A stretch of DNA of 64,000 nucleotides from an uncultured Candidatus Saccharibacteria bacterium (GCA_964535385.1 CAZHSY010000004.1:7762-71761), one strand, 5' to 3'; positions 34,601 through 44,258 are shown, counted from the stretch's first letter. Numbers and translations are program-made. Notes: generated by a model from the sequence alone, not told the origin.

Positions 34601-37600
34601 CAACGCATATGTTGAATCTTCTACAAGTAGTTTTAGCGCCGGTGCGTGGCAGCACCTGGCCGGTACATATGATGGTACGAATATTAAGATTTTCGTGAAC
34701 GGTTCACTAGAGGCTAGTAGTGCAGCTTCAGGTGGAGGTGTTGATAATGACCAGAAGCTGTTACTCGGAACTGGCTACGGTGCCTGGGGTGATGGTGGCG
34801 GCGAGAGTTTCTTTGGCGGTAGTCTTGATGAGGTGCGCATTAGCAATGTAGCTCGGTCGAGCTTTACGACCAAGCCATATACTACGAATTCTCAGGTAGT
34901 AGGCATCGGTACGGCTGCCCGAACCGGTGGAGTCTTACAATGGCTTGGTTTCGACGCCTCAGAATCGGCCAATGGCGGTACGATTACCTATCGTTTTAGC
35001 GATGATAACGGAGCTTCTTGGAAGTTCTGGAATGGTACCACTTGGGCAACCTCAACGAGCTTGACTCAAGCTAATAGCAAGGCTGACGCTAATACCCGTA
35101 TGCCGTTTTTCCCGGTCACGTTCGCTGGTATGAAGTGGCAGGCCATCCTGACGGGCAATGGCACACAGCAGGTGACTCTAAATAATGTACAAATTACATC
35201 AAATGCCGACGGTGATGCCCCGCAGACGAATGCTTCAGCTCTGACGGCGAAGAAATCTTCCGGTGGTGCAGTTCTTGCACAGAATGCTTGGACCAAGGAC
35301 GCAGACCCATACTTCTCTTGGGCGGCTGGAGCTGACAGCGGATCAGGCATCAAAGGCTACTGTCTCTATCTTGGGACCGACAGCACGGCTAACCCTGTTA
35401 CAACTAAGGGCATTCTCGGAGCAAGTCCAGTTGACACTGGCGGGCACTGCCAGTTCTTGGTGACGGCTACAAATATCGACTTACATACTACGGGTTATAT
35501 TGCGAGCCCACTTGTGACGAGTAACTCACCATATTATCTGAGTGTGCGAGCCATCGATAATGCTGGAAATGTGGTTGGCTCGAACGCCCAGTTCTACTTC
35601 AGATTTGATAATACTCCACCAACGAATCCGGGTTACGTTACTGCGCCATCGAACTTCATTAATACCAAGACAGCTACCTTCACTTGGCCAACATCTGGTG
35701 GGTCGGCTCCTGCAGATGCTAACTCTGGTTTGGCTGGTCTGCAATATCGTATTAATAACGGCACATGGTATGGTGATAGCCACACGGGTACACAAGACAT
35801 TACTGATTTACTCGTCAATGACGGCACCTACTCCACGGTCGACCCACCAGATTTCGGACATATTGTTGAAGGCATCAATACGCTCAACTTCCGGACGTAT
35901 GACCAGGCTGGGAACTACACGACCAGCTATGTAAACGCTGAGCTTAAGGTTAATACCAGCGGCGCTCCTACCTCGCCTCAGAATGTCAGTGTGACGCCGA
36001 CTTCCAATTCACAAAATGACTTTGCCTTCAGCTGGGAAGCACCGGCTACATTTATCGGTAGTTCGTCTGGCTTGAGCTATTGCTACACGGTCAATACTGC
36101 GCCGACATCCAATAATTGTACATTTACCTCGGGGACTTCATTGCCGGCTGGCGCCTATGCTACACAGCCGGGTGCGAATACCTTCTATGTGGTTGCGAAG
36201 GATGAATCAGGCAATATTAACTATGCAACTCATGCAACGACTACTTTTCAGGCGAACACCGTTGCTCCGGGTATTTCAACGAGTATTGATATCGTCGATG
36301 TTTCGATTAAGGCAACGTCGAATTGGCGCTTGGCACTGACTTGGGATCCACCATCTGCAGTGGGCTCAGGCGTCTCTAGCTATAAGATCTTCCGTTATCT
36401 CAATAACACCACGTTTACGCAGGTGGGAAGTAGTGCTTCAACTACCTATATCGACGCAGGTTTGGCTCAGCAAACATACTACTACCGTATTCAGGCCTGT
36501 GATTCAACAAACAATTGTGGCGCGAATAGTGCGGTCGTCTCGAAGCAGCCGACTGGTAAGTTTACCGAGCCAGCCACGCTAGTCACCGAGCCCACGGTGA
36601 GTAACATTAGCACCCGTAAGGCTACTATTAGCTGGGTTACGAATCGAGAGAGTGATTCACGGGTCGCAATCGGTACCAAGCCTGGCGAGTATGCTAGCTC
36701 GGAAATCGCCAACTCACTCCAGTCAAGTTCGCACCAGCTTGATTTGGCCAACCTCCAGGCGGGTACAACCTACTATTACGTGACCAAATGGACTGATGTG
36801 GATGGTAATATCGGTACTTCTTCTGAGTATGTGTTTACGACTAGTCCGGCACCGAGCGTGAAAGAAGCAAGCGCTACCCAAGTAAGTCTTAGCGGAGCTA
36901 GCATACAATTTACGAGTAAAGCGGCCGCTCAGGTAAAAATCTACTACGGTCCGTCCGAGGGCTTTGGAGGGGTAAAGCTAATTAATACGGCTCTCACCGA
37001 GTCAGGTTATACAGTGCCTCTGACCGGCTTAACAGATGGTACTAAGTATTTCTTCAAGGTTAATACGCTTGATAGTGAGGGCAATGAATATGAGAGCAAT
37101 ACATATTCATTTACTACACCAGCGCGCCCGAAGATATCTGATCTAGCTTTGCAGCCAGTCGATGGTGAACCAACTAGTACGCAGAAGATCACATGGAAGA
37201 CGAATGTCCCTGCTACCTCGCAAATTACCTACGGGAAGGTCGGTGGCGACACTCAGGAAGTTATTCTTTCTGATCTCATCATTGACCATGAGATGATTAT
37301 CCGTGGCTTGGAAGATAGTAGCCAGTACAGCTTGGTGGCTGATTCACGTGATGGCGCAGGTAATCTGGCCACCTCAGATACCCAGGTCTTTAAAACAGAT
37401 CTTGATACGCGACCACCAAAAATCACCGATATTGTTGTAGAAAGTACTATACGTGGTACCGGTAGCGAGGCCCGTGGTCAGATTGTAGTATCTTGGAAGA
37501 CCGATGAGCCTTCGACAAGCCAAGTAGCTTTTGGTGAAGGCTCCGAGGCTACCAATATCCGCAGCCAGTCGAGTGAGGATGCTGCTCTAACTACTGAACA

Positions 37601-37787
37601 TTTGGTAGTTATCTCTGATCTGTCAACAGCTACACCATACGTGGTGCAGGCTCAATCCAAAGATCGGGCCGGCAATCAGGCAAAATCCGAAACTCAGACT
37701 GCTTTAATCGGCCGAGCTTCTGACTCGATCCTGTCTATAATCTTTAATACCCTGCAGCGGATGTTTGGCTTTGTGGTGGAGAACTAA
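31668..37787 (+). CDS. Giant (2039 aa) membrane-anchored surface protein. It has about 13 Trp-rich roughly 54 aa blade repeats, a LamG/concanavalin-like domain and multiple Fn3-like domains.
   Basis: N-terminal TM/signal HWGILGVYLVAIVALFSIVKVAFA. Repeats of the form G.AEVW.WNGSSW..IGGDG.N..W...LYAG.G. LAGTYDGTNIKIFVNGSL is LamG-like. The C-terminal half is rich in Fn3-like S/T beta-strand units. TTG start at 31668, with an alternative ATG at 31683. Confidence 0.8.
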   Translation: MAYIQMQKKLSKKIKRLSCGLERQTRSARANFSAWREHAVLPAHEGLRRRLSWYDRWHQHPHYKKAHWGILGVYLVAIVALFSIVKVAFAADFSDAWDFSSPGDYSLTDSSLIEIVNGHARLKALNYSSDAQTAALYHFDEGTGTTAGDSSPGANTASMIGNPTWAVGNLVNALTFNGSTQSLSVPDSASISMTGSQTVEAWIKPAVNFNNSATRSQVLVDKGSYRLGLDRTSGKAFYEVERNSMQSWTKRLGGGQAGSWSFNHTGLWSMAATGSDVYVGTAGAAGDAEVWKWDNSTWTMIGGDGIRNSWADQTYESVRSLAVNGNTLFAGIGDTSGDGEIWSCSLSSGCSSWVKIGGDAVGTGGPAAFTYTLAGSMVVHGGSLYVGMSGGAGAGDLFRYNGGTSWTQVAGDGLNGSWAASTFTEVSALYSDGSNLYAGLAGSAAGTGDLWKFNGTTWSQIGGDGVNLGGGASWNTNYERVATITGIGGVLYVGLGDSAQDAEVWRLSGTTWSQIGGDGIGGTWNSSVFTRVYSLVNDGTNVYAGLGGGSAAAEVWKYDGVAWTRIGGGATNSTTGWATSLVGAMLWANNQLYAGPSSTTNYGSAMFTWNGSAWTMIGGHYVNNSWGTYNIARVTSSATFNGKLYYGLGSSVNNAQVFEYDGTTARRVGGSSLDGSWPPWSYEAVTSMVAYKGQLYVGLGSDGGDAEVWRWNGSSWSKLAGDGVNSTWNGESSVSSMAVFNDKLYIGLGTTSYMADVWQYDGTSWTQVAGEVGSGNTAINGSWRLNPRAVDTMAVYNGQLCVGLGGSGGYGEVWCWTGSGNWTRISGGNNASLNGSWSSAAEILSLTTYNGKMYASVMPTGHAASIWSWDGSSWIQVAGAGLNSGWVDSSYTWIKSMTVYNGYLYVGTGFSGSSNPTGDVWRYDGTNWTQVGGDSINNSWSVSDNREEVTSLTVFKGKLYAGTGFSPNGDALVYSFGDNAYVESSTSSFSAGAWQHLAGTYDGTNIKIFVNGSLEASSAASGGGVDNDQKLLLGTGYGAWGDGGGESFFGGSLDEVRISNVARSSFTTKPYTTNSQVVGIGTAARTGGVLQWLGFDASESANGGTITYRFSDDNGASWKFWNGTTWATSTSLTQANSKADANTRMPFFPVTFAGMKWQAILTGNGTQQVTLNNVQITSNADGDAPQTNASALTAKKSSGGAVLAQNAWTKDADPYFSWAAGADSGSGIKGYCLYLGTDSTANPVTTKGILGASPVDTGGHCQFLVTATNIDLHTTGYIASPLVTSNSPYYLSVRAIDNAGNVVGSNAQFYFRFDNTPPTNPGYVTAPSNFINTKTATFTWPTSGGSAPADANSGLAGLQYRINNGTWYGDSHTGTQDITDLLVNDGTYSTVDPPDFGHIVEGINTLNFRTYDQAGNYTTSYVNAELKVNTSGAPTSPQNVSVTPTSNSQNDFAFSWEAPATFIGSSSGLSYCYTVNTAPTSNNCTFTSGTSLPAGAYATQPGANTFYVVAKDESGNINYATHATTTFQANTVAPGISTSIDIVDVSIKATSNWRLALTWDPPSAVGSGVSSYKIFRYLNNTTFTQVGSSASTTYIDAGLAQQTYYYRIQACDSTNNCGANSAVVSKQPTGKFTEPATLVTEPTVSNISTRKATISWVTNRESDSRVAIGTKPGEYASSEIANSLQSSSHQLDLANLQAGTTYYYVTKWTDVDGNIGTSSEYVFTTSPAPSVKEASATQVSLSGASIQFTSKAAAQVKIYYGPSEGFGGVKLINTALTESGYTVPLTGLTDGTKYFFKVNTLDSEGNEYESNTYSFTTPARPKISDLALQPVDGEPTSTQKITWKTNVPATSQITYGKVGGDTQEVILSDLIIDHEMIIRGLEDSSQYSLVADSRDGAGNLATSDTQVFKTDLDTRPPKITDIVVESTIRGTGSEARGQIVVSWKTDEPSTSQVAFGEGSEATNIRSQSSEDAALTTEHLVVISDLSTATPYVVQAQSKDRAGNQAKSETQTALIGRASDSILSIIFNTLQRMFGFVVEN

Positions 37788-37789
37788 CC

Positions 37790-38611
37790 ATGTCGGATAA
37801 GCGCGCAATGATACAAGTAAAGCAAGTCGTTCGAGACTTTGTCTTACCAAATGAAACAGTCCACGCCTTGAAAGGGGTGAGCTTCGAGGTGCCACGTGGT
37901 TCGTTTACACTCATTTACGGACCCTCAGGGAGTGGAAAATCTACCATGCTTAACACCTTAGTAGGGCTTGATGAGCCAACGAGCGGACAGGTGGTTATGG
38001 ATGGTCAAGACTTATATGAACTAAGTCGGGACGAGCGAGCTAACTTCCGTGCTCGGACAGTAGGCATGGTCTATCAGACAAATTATTGGGTAAATAGTCT
38101 GACTGTCCTGCAAAACGTGTCGATGCCACTCTATTTAGCTGGCTATTCATATCGTCGATCAGCTCGAGTGGCTGAGGAGAGTCTCGAAAAAGTTGGCATG
38201 CAAGACTTTCGACATCAACACCCAAGTCTGTTGTCTGGGGGTCAACAGCAACGCGTTTCTATGGCTCGAGCCCTAGCTGCTGACCCTGAACTCATTGTGG
38301 CCGATGAACCCACTGGCAACTTGGACACGAAGAATGGTGATATGATTATGAATCTGCTTTCTGAACTTTGCTCAAAGGCAGGCAAGACTATCGTGCTTGT
38401 AACGCATAATCTTGAATACCTGCCTTTGAGCAATCATCAAGTTAGGCTCAAGGATGGCCAACTTGTTAGTGTAGCTGGAGCCGATCCAACCAGCTCGACT
38501 TTACTGAACGCGAAGAGTCGAGCGGAGAAACTTAAGGACTTCCAGGCTAGTATCAAGGCCAGTAATCGTAAGCGCGTCTCTATTGACGCCGTAAAGAGAA
38601 ATAAGCCATGA
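37790..38611 (+). CDS. ABC transporter ATP-binding protein (MacB/LolD/FtsE-like).
   Basis: Walker A GPSGSGKST, ABC signature LSGGQQQRVSMARAL, Walker B LIVADEPTGNLD. 4 nt after the giant-protein stop. Confidence 0.85.
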   Translation: MSDKRAMIQVKQVVRDFVLPNETVHALKGVSFEVPRGSFTLIYGPSGSGKSTMLNTLVGLDEPTSGQVVMDGQDLYELSRDERANFRARTVGMVYQTNYWVNSLTVLQNVSMPLYLAGYSYRRSARVAEESLEKVGMQDFRHQHPSLLSGGQQQRVSMARALAADPELIVADEPTGNLDTKNGDMIMNLLSELCSKAGKTIVLVTHNLEYLPLSNHQVRLKDGQLVSVAGADPTSSTLLNAKSRAEKLKDFQASIKASNRKRVSIDAVKRNKP

Positions 38612-39837
38612 AGTCCTCCGATACTCAATTCCAGGCTCGTTATATTCGCTTCCATATCTTACTCTTGGTAGCTTTTCGCAACTTATTCTTCAAGAAGTTG
38701 CGTACCGGACTGACCATTCTTGGTGTGGTGATCGGGATTGGTGCGATTGTCTTCCTTGTCTCTTTGGGCTTGGGTCTGCAGAAGGTTGTTACGGAACAAA
38801 TTGTTGGTTCAAAATCAGTTAAGACGATTGATGTCAGTTCGCCGAAGCCAAAAACAATTAAACTTAACCAGGAGGCAATCGACAAATTGGCTCGTTTGCC
38901 GCATGTAACTATGGTGGCTCGGACATTCTCATTTGCCGGCAAGACCATCTTTCAATCTTCCACGGCTGAGACTGTTATCTATGGTGCTGATAACGCTTTC
39001 ATGAGCCTCAGTACGTTTAAGGTAGTTGGTGGTCAGCTTTCTCGGTTTACTGGCGATGATCAGGCGGTGATTAATAGCTCGCTTCTGAAGACTATAGGTA
39101 TTTCTGATCCCGCCAAGGTGATTGGTCAAAAGATTACTTTAACTGTACCCCAGGATACGACTTCCGATGTAGATAAAACATCATTATTTAGAAAAGAAAT
39201 CTCTATTATTGCTGTTGTTGAGACGGGGAGTGGAGCAGAGCTATTTACGAATGACCGTCTTTTTATTAGCAATGGTTTCCAGGTCTACAACCAAGTAAAA
39301 CTAGTCGTTGATGAACGGGAGGCAGTGTCTGGGGCTCGGCGACAAGCTGAGGCACAGGGCTTTATAACCAGCTCACCGATCGATACGCTTGAGCAGATAA
39401 ATCAAGTCTTCTCTATTCTCAATGTTCTGCTGGCTGGCTTCGGAGGCATTGGTATGGTAATTGCTATCTTGGGTATGTTTAATACGCTAACGATCTCTTT
39501 GCTTGAGAGAACCAAGGAGATTGGACTTCTGGTCTCGCTTGGTGCCCGACGGCGCGATGTGCGTCGACTCTTTATTATTGAAGCTCTGACACTTTCATTG
39601 GCTGGTGGTTTTCTCGGACTACTCTTAGCCTGGCTGTTTGGACAGGGCATTAATCTATTACTCGTAAAATTAGCTCAAGCCAAAGGTGTCGAGGGTATTA
39701 CTGGAGTTTTCTATATACCAATCTGGCTGATCGCAGTAATTATTGGTTTTACGGCACTTATTGGTCTGATTGTGGTGGCCTATCCGGCCCGCCGCGCTGG
39801 TCGGATTAGTCCGATCGATGCACTGCGTCGAGAGTAG
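38608..39837 (+). CDS. ABC transporter permease, FtsX/MacB-type (4 TM helices plus an extracytoplasmic domain).
   Basis: ATGA overlap with the ATPase gene. N-terminal TM helix, large periplasmic-type domain, C-terminal FtsX-like TM bundle. Confidence 0.8.
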   Translation: MKSSDTQFQARYIRFHILLLVAFRNLFFKKLRTGLTILGVVIGIGAIVFLVSLGLGLQKVVTEQIVGSKSVKTIDVSSPKPKTIKLNQEAIDKLARLPHVTMVARTFSFAGKTIFQSSTAETVIYGADNAFMSLSTFKVVGGQLSRFTGDDQAVINSSLLKTIGISDPAKVIGQKITLTVPQDTTSDVDKTSLFRKEISIIAVVETGSGAELFTNDRLFISNGFQVYNQVKLVVDEREAVSGARRQAEAQGFITSSPIDTLEQINQVFSILNVLLAGFGGIGMVIAILGMFNTLTISLLERTKEIGLLVSLGARRRDVRRLFIIEALTLSLAGGFLGLLLAWLFGQGINLLLVKLAQAKGVEGITGVFYIPIWLIAVIIGFTALIGLIVVAYPARRAGRISPIDALRRE

Positions 39838-39892
39838 ACTGGCGTTCGTATTTTGTTTGCATTAGAGCAGTAGAGTATATTATGATTGGGCT

Positions 39893-41149
39893 ATGTTGGA
39901 GAGCATGTTTGTCCGTCAGCCCAATGATTATGCAGTAATCTATCTCGATATGGATAGTTTTTTTGCGTCAGCCGAGCAGCAGCGTCGACCGGAGCTACGA
40001 GGTAAGCCAGTGGGGGTGTCGCCTTATGGCGGCGATGGGGGCTGTGTGGTGGCAGCTTCGCGTGAGGCTAAGCGATTGGGAGTTAAGACAGGCATGCGTG
40101 GACGAGAGGCCCGGCGGTGTGCTCCAGATATCATCCTCGTGCGTGACACCCCACACTATTACCGTCTCTTGCACGGTAAGTTGCTACATATCTTGAATAG
40201 TACTCCATGTCGGATGAGTGTGCGTGGTATTGATGAAATGCGCCTAGAAGTACCATCCTATATGCGTTCAGCTCCTGAGATTGAGTGTCTCGTACGGGAG
40301 TTGCGAGAGACAATCCGAGTCGAGTTAGGGGAGTCTGTGACGGCTTCGTTTGGGGTGGCTGCGAATCAGTGGCAGGCCAAGTTAGCAGCCTCGGCACATA
40401 AGCCAGACGGGTTTTTTAGTCTGCAGCGACCGGACTGGGAGGCTTTCTATCGGTCATTGAGCCTATTGGCTTGTACCGGTATTAATTGGCGCTTGCAGCG
40501 GCGCCTATTTCGAATTGGTATCTTTACGACACACCAACTGTATCAGGCTTCAGAACCATTCTTGCGTCAGCACTTCGGAGTGAACGGGACGAAGTGGTAT
40601 TTGCGCTTGCGTGGCTACGAGGTTGATGATCAGCCAGTGAAGCCAAAGCAATCGATTGGACATCAGACAACCCTCATGCCACGTCCGGCTCAGGATTTAG
40701 ATGAAGTGAAGAGTGTGCTCACAAAAATGGCACTTAAAGTAGGCTATCGTCTGCGCTCCAGTCAACGCTTAGCTAGTGGTCTCATGGTGGGTTTGCGTTT
40801 TACGAGTGGTGAAGAGTGGTCAAATATGTATCGGCATATGATACCTTTTGCATCTCAGGGGGCCTTCGTGGAGCATATCCATGGATTATTAAGTCCGCTG
40901 GCTGATTCCGTTGAGCCAGTTAAGAAGGCGACGTTAGTCAGCTTTGGATTTCATCGAGCTGATCAGCTGAGATGGCTGACTTCTCGGCACGAAGAACGGA
41001 ATGAGGCCTTATCCCAGGCGATTGATAGCTTGCGACGGCGCTTTGGGGGTCAGGTGATTGGGTATGCGTCGGGCCTTTCACAGGACTTGTTTCCTGACAG
41101 AGTGGGCTTCGGGGCGCCTGAACAACTTTTTATTCCAGGGGTGTCCTAG
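39893..41149 (+). CDS. dinB: DNA polymerase IV (Y-family, DinB).
   Basis: N-terminus VIYLDMDSFFASAEQQRRPELRGKPVGVS is the UmuC/DinB signature. Confidence 0.85.
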   Translation: MLESMFVRQPNDYAVIYLDMDSFFASAEQQRRPELRGKPVGVSPYGGDGGCVVAASREAKRLGVKTGMRGREARRCAPDIILVRDTPHYYRLLHGKLLHILNSTPCRMSVRGIDEMRLEVPSYMRSAPEIECLVRELRETIRVELGESVTASFGVAANQWQAKLAASAHKPDGFFSLQRPDWEAFYRSLSLLACTGINWRLQRRLFRIGIFTTHQLYQASEPFLRQHFGVNGTKWYLRLRGYEVDDQPVKPKQSIGHQTTLMPRPAQDLDEVKSVLTKMALKVGYRLRSSQRLASGLMVGLRFTSGEEWSNMYRHMIPFASQGAFVEHIHGLLSPLADSVEPVKKATLVSFGFHRADQLRWLTSRHEERNEALSQAIDSLRRRFGGQVIGYASGLSQDLFPDRVGFGAPEQLFIPGVS

Positions 41150-41160
41150 GAGTTGCCACA

Positions 41161-41197
41161 ACGGCAATTATCAGATATGATAATTGCCGTTTAGTGG
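41161..41197 (+). terminator. Rho-independent terminator after dinB.
   Basis: cggcaattatca-gata-tgataattgccg (12 bp perfect stem), then tttagtggttt. Confidence 0.7.
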
Positions 41198-41227
41198 TTT
41201 ATAGATACTACGTATTTGAATATATAA

Positions 41228-41304
41228 GGGTCCTTAGCTCAGTTGGCTAGAGCGCTACATTGACGTTGTAGAGGTCAGAGGTTCGAATCCTCTAGGACCC
41301 ACCA
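41228..41304 (+). tRNA. tRNA-Val (anticodon GAC).
   Basis: GGGTCCTTAGCTCAGTTGGCTAGAGCGCTACATTGACGTTGTAGAGGTCAGAGGTTCGAATCCTCTAGGACCCACCA. Confidence 0.9.
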
Positions 41305-41329
41305 TGGCTTAGAATTTAGAAGCTAGTAA

Positions 41330-41545
41330 TTAGTAAGTAGAACTTAGTATACTTGGAAGTACATTTTAATAGGGCGTCTGAGCTTAGTCTCACCAGCTAG
41401 GCGAGCCTCGTAACCTGAGGGCGTAACACTTAGGACAAGAGTGATCCACGAGAGCCGTGGATAATCCTGGTGGAACCTCCGCTTACATCAAGCGGACCAG
41501 GAACCCGGCTTACGTGGTTTTTTATTGTCATTTATAAGATATAAG
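41330..41545 (+). promoter_or_regulatory. Candidate T-box riboswitch leader of thrS.
   Basis: Long structured 5' leader containing a GGTGGAACC core (T-box consensus GGUGGNACC). Alternative hairpins follow (ccgcttacatcaagcgg; ccacg...cgtgg), then cgtgg and a run of six T (terminator-like). An ACC codon sits in a possible specifier loop (taACCtga). Confidence 0.35.
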
Positions 41546-41556
41546 AGGAGAAAAGC

Positions 41557-43365
41557 ATGAGTGATTTATCGCATATTCAGGCCATGCGACACAGCACAGC
41601 CCACGTCCTGGCGGCAGCTATCCAGAAGCTCTATCCGGCTGCTCAGTTTGGAGTCGGGCCGGTTATTGATAATGGTTTTTACTATGACGTTAGGCTACCA
41701 CAGGCCGTATCTGAGAAAGACTTACCAAAGCTTGAGCAGGCTATGCAGGAGCTGGCTAAGGCTGACCTGCCTATAGAGAAGAAGGAATGGTCCCTCGATC
41801 GAGCTCTTGAGTATTTCAATGAGAATAACCAGCCATATAAGGTAGAATTGTTGGAAAATTTACAACAATTTGGTACAACTCAGATGAAAGATATTAGCCA
41901 AGCAGAACTGGGCATTGCAGAAGCTAGCGATAAGGTTGAAACGGTTAGCGTGTACTCTATAGGTGGGTTTGTGGATCTTTGTCGCGGCCCACATCTTGAA
42001 CGCACCGGACAAATAGGAGCCTTTCAACTTGATCGCTTAGCTGGGGCTTATTGGCGGGGTGATGAAAATCGAGATCAACTCCAGCGATTTTACGGGCTAG
42101 CTTTTGAAGCTTCCGAAGAGCTTGATCGATACCTAGAAATGCGAGAAGAGGCGATCAAGCGCGACCATCGTAAGCTCGGGAAAGAACTTGACCTCTTTAC
42201 ATTTTCAGACCTAGTTGGACCGGGCTTGCCACTGTGGACGCCACGGGGGACTCTGATTCGCAACCAGCTCAATACTTTTATCCAAGAAATGCGTGATGAG
42301 TTTGCGTTTGAAGAAGTTACTATCCCTCATATAACTAAGAAAGATTTGTATGAGACGAGCGGTCACTGGGATAAATTCAAAGATGAACTTTTTAAGATAA
42401 AATCCCGTGAAGGACATGAGTTTGCTATGAAACCGATGAACTGCCCTCATCACACGCAGATCTTCGATAGCCGTCTGAGGAGTTATCGTGAGATGCCAGT
42501 ACGTTACCGGGAGACAACCATGGTCTATCGTGATGAGCAGAGTGGAGAACTTCACGGCTTGTCACGCGTGCGTTCGATTACTCAGGATGATGCTCATATT
42601 TTCTGTCGACCGACACAAGTTGAGGATGAAGTCTTTAAGGTATGGCAGATCATTGAACAATTTTGGGGCACCTTTGGAATTAAGCTTCAAGTCCGTCTCT
42701 CGACCCACGATCCAGCTGCTATGGATGCTTACTTGGGCACATTAGAGCAGTGGGATGAGGCTGTGGCTCAACTAGCTTCGGTTATTGAGAAGCAGGGTGC
42801 AGAGCCTATGACGGGGGTTGGTGAAGCTGCCTTTTACGGTCCAAAGATTGATTTCATAGGGTCTGATGCACTGGGAAGAGAGTTTCAAGCCTCTACGATT
42901 CAGCTGGATTTTAATCTGCCCCAGCGGTTTGATTTGGCTTGCATCGATGAAGAGGGCAGCCGTGAGCAGGTGAGAATGATTCACTGTGCAATAGCTGGGT
43001 CGTTGGAACGGAGCATTGTACTGCTCTTAGAGCACTATGCCGGTGCCTTTCCGACGTGGTTGTCGCCTGAGCAGGTGAGAGTTATTCCGGTATCAGACAA
43101 GGTTCTGGATTATGCCCAGGGTATTGAGAAGACCCTACGAGAAGCTTCGGTTCGCGTGGTGCTTGATGCAAGTAATGAGTCACTCGGTAAGCGAATTCGG
43201 GCTGCTGAGCTGAATAAAATACCATATACCTTGGTGGTTGGAGAGCGTGAGGTTAGTCAAGGACAAGTTGCGGTACGTCATTATACTCGTGGTCAGGAAG
43301 GATCCATCGATCTCTCAGAATTTGTAGAAAAAATTACATCAGAAATCAAAGAGCGCAGGCAATAA
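41557..43365 (+). CDS. thrS: Threonyl-tRNA synthetase.
   Basis: 602 aa; MRHSTAHVLAAAIQ N-terminus; class II aaRS core and anticodon-binding domain. Confidence 0.95.
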   Translation: MSDLSHIQAMRHSTAHVLAAAIQKLYPAAQFGVGPVIDNGFYYDVRLPQAVSEKDLPKLEQAMQELAKADLPIEKKEWSLDRALEYFNENNQPYKVELLENLQQFGTTQMKDISQAELGIAEASDKVETVSVYSIGGFVDLCRGPHLERTGQIGAFQLDRLAGAYWRGDENRDQLQRFYGLAFEASEELDRYLEMREEAIKRDHRKLGKELDLFTFSDLVGPGLPLWTPRGTLIRNQLNTFIQEMRDEFAFEEVTIPHITKKDLYETSGHWDKFKDELFKIKSREGHEFAMKPMNCPHHTQIFDSRLRSYREMPVRYRETTMVYRDEQSGELHGLSRVRSITQDDAHIFCRPTQVEDEVFKVWQIIEQFWGTFGIKLQVRLSTHDPAAMDAYLGTLEQWDEAVAQLASVIEKQGAEPMTGVGEAAFYGPKIDFIGSDALGREFQASTIQLDFNLPQRFDLACIDEEGSREQVRMIHCAIAGSLERSIVLLLEHYAGAFPTWLSPEQVRVIPVSDKVLDYAQGIEKTLREASVRVVLDASNESLGKRIRAAELNKIPYTLVVGEREVSQGQVAVRHYTRGQEGSIDLSEFVEKITSEIKERRQ

Positions 43366-43370
43366 ACCCC

Positions 43371-44258
43371 ATGACCTCGGGTTCTCGCATTATTGTTATC
43401 GTTGGACCAACGGCTAGCGGTAAGACGGGCCTGAGTTTGCGTCTAGCAGAGCGCTGCAAGGGGCAAATAATCTGTGCTGATTCGCGGACTATCTATCGTG
43501 GTATGGACATTGGGACGGCCAAACCAACGGTAACTGAACAGTCAAAAACGAAACACTTTTTACTCGATATAAAAGAACCAAATCAAGTATTTTCAGCTAA
43601 AGATTTCTGTGATAGTGCTCAAGCTGTAATTGATACAATTCAAGGTCAGTTAGGTTTGCCTATCGTAGTAGGCGGCAGTGGTCTCTATATTGATAGCTTG
43701 CTCCATGGTTATACATTTAGGCCTGACAAGCCTGATTTTAAGCCGGAAATATATGAAGATTTTTCACAAAATGATCTGTTAGATGAGGCACAAAAACTTT
43801 ATGGTAGTTTGCCGCCGGCAAGTGATCACAAAAACCGTCGACGTCTATTGCAATTTATTGCTCGTGGACCAGCTCCCAGCAATCAAAACACAACCGTTTA
43901 TTCATCAATTATCGTAGGGCTTAACCCTGGCGCGGAGATTTTACAACAACGGATTGCTGAGCGGACTCGTGGAATGCTGAGTGAAGGCTTTATCGACGAA
44001 GTGCGAACTTTGCGTGATGCGTACGGTTCTACTGCGCCGGCTCTTGGCTCTACCGGCTATCAGCAAGTCGTTAATTATCTCGCCGGTAGCCTGGAGCGTT
44101 CGCAGCTCGAGCCTGCTATCAACCGAGCTACCTGGCAGTTAGCGCGTAAGCAACTAACGTGGTTCCGACGCAATCCAGACATTCAGTGGTTCGAGAATAG
44201 CGATCAGGCTTACAGTCGGCTCATAGAGCAACTTCATAAACAAGGTGGGGTACAATAA
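43371..44258 (+). CDS. miaA: tRNA dimethylallyltransferase MiaA.
   Basis: P-loop IVIVGPTASGKTGLSL and ADSRTIYRGMDIGTAKPT. Confidence 0.9.
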   Translation: MTSGSRIIVIVGPTASGKTGLSLRLAERCKGQIICADSRTIYRGMDIGTAKPTVTEQSKTKHFLLDIKEPNQVFSAKDFCDSAQAVIDTIQGQLGLPIVVGGSGLYIDSLLHGYTFRPDKPDFKPEIYEDFSQNDLLDEAQKLYGSLPPASDHKNRRRLLQFIARGPAPSNQNTTVYSSIIVGLNPGAEILQQRIAERTRGMLSEGFIDEVRTLRDAYGSTAPALGSTGYQQVVNYLAGSLERSQLEPAINRATWQLARKQLTWFRRNPDIQWFENSDQAYSRLIEQLHKQGGVQ

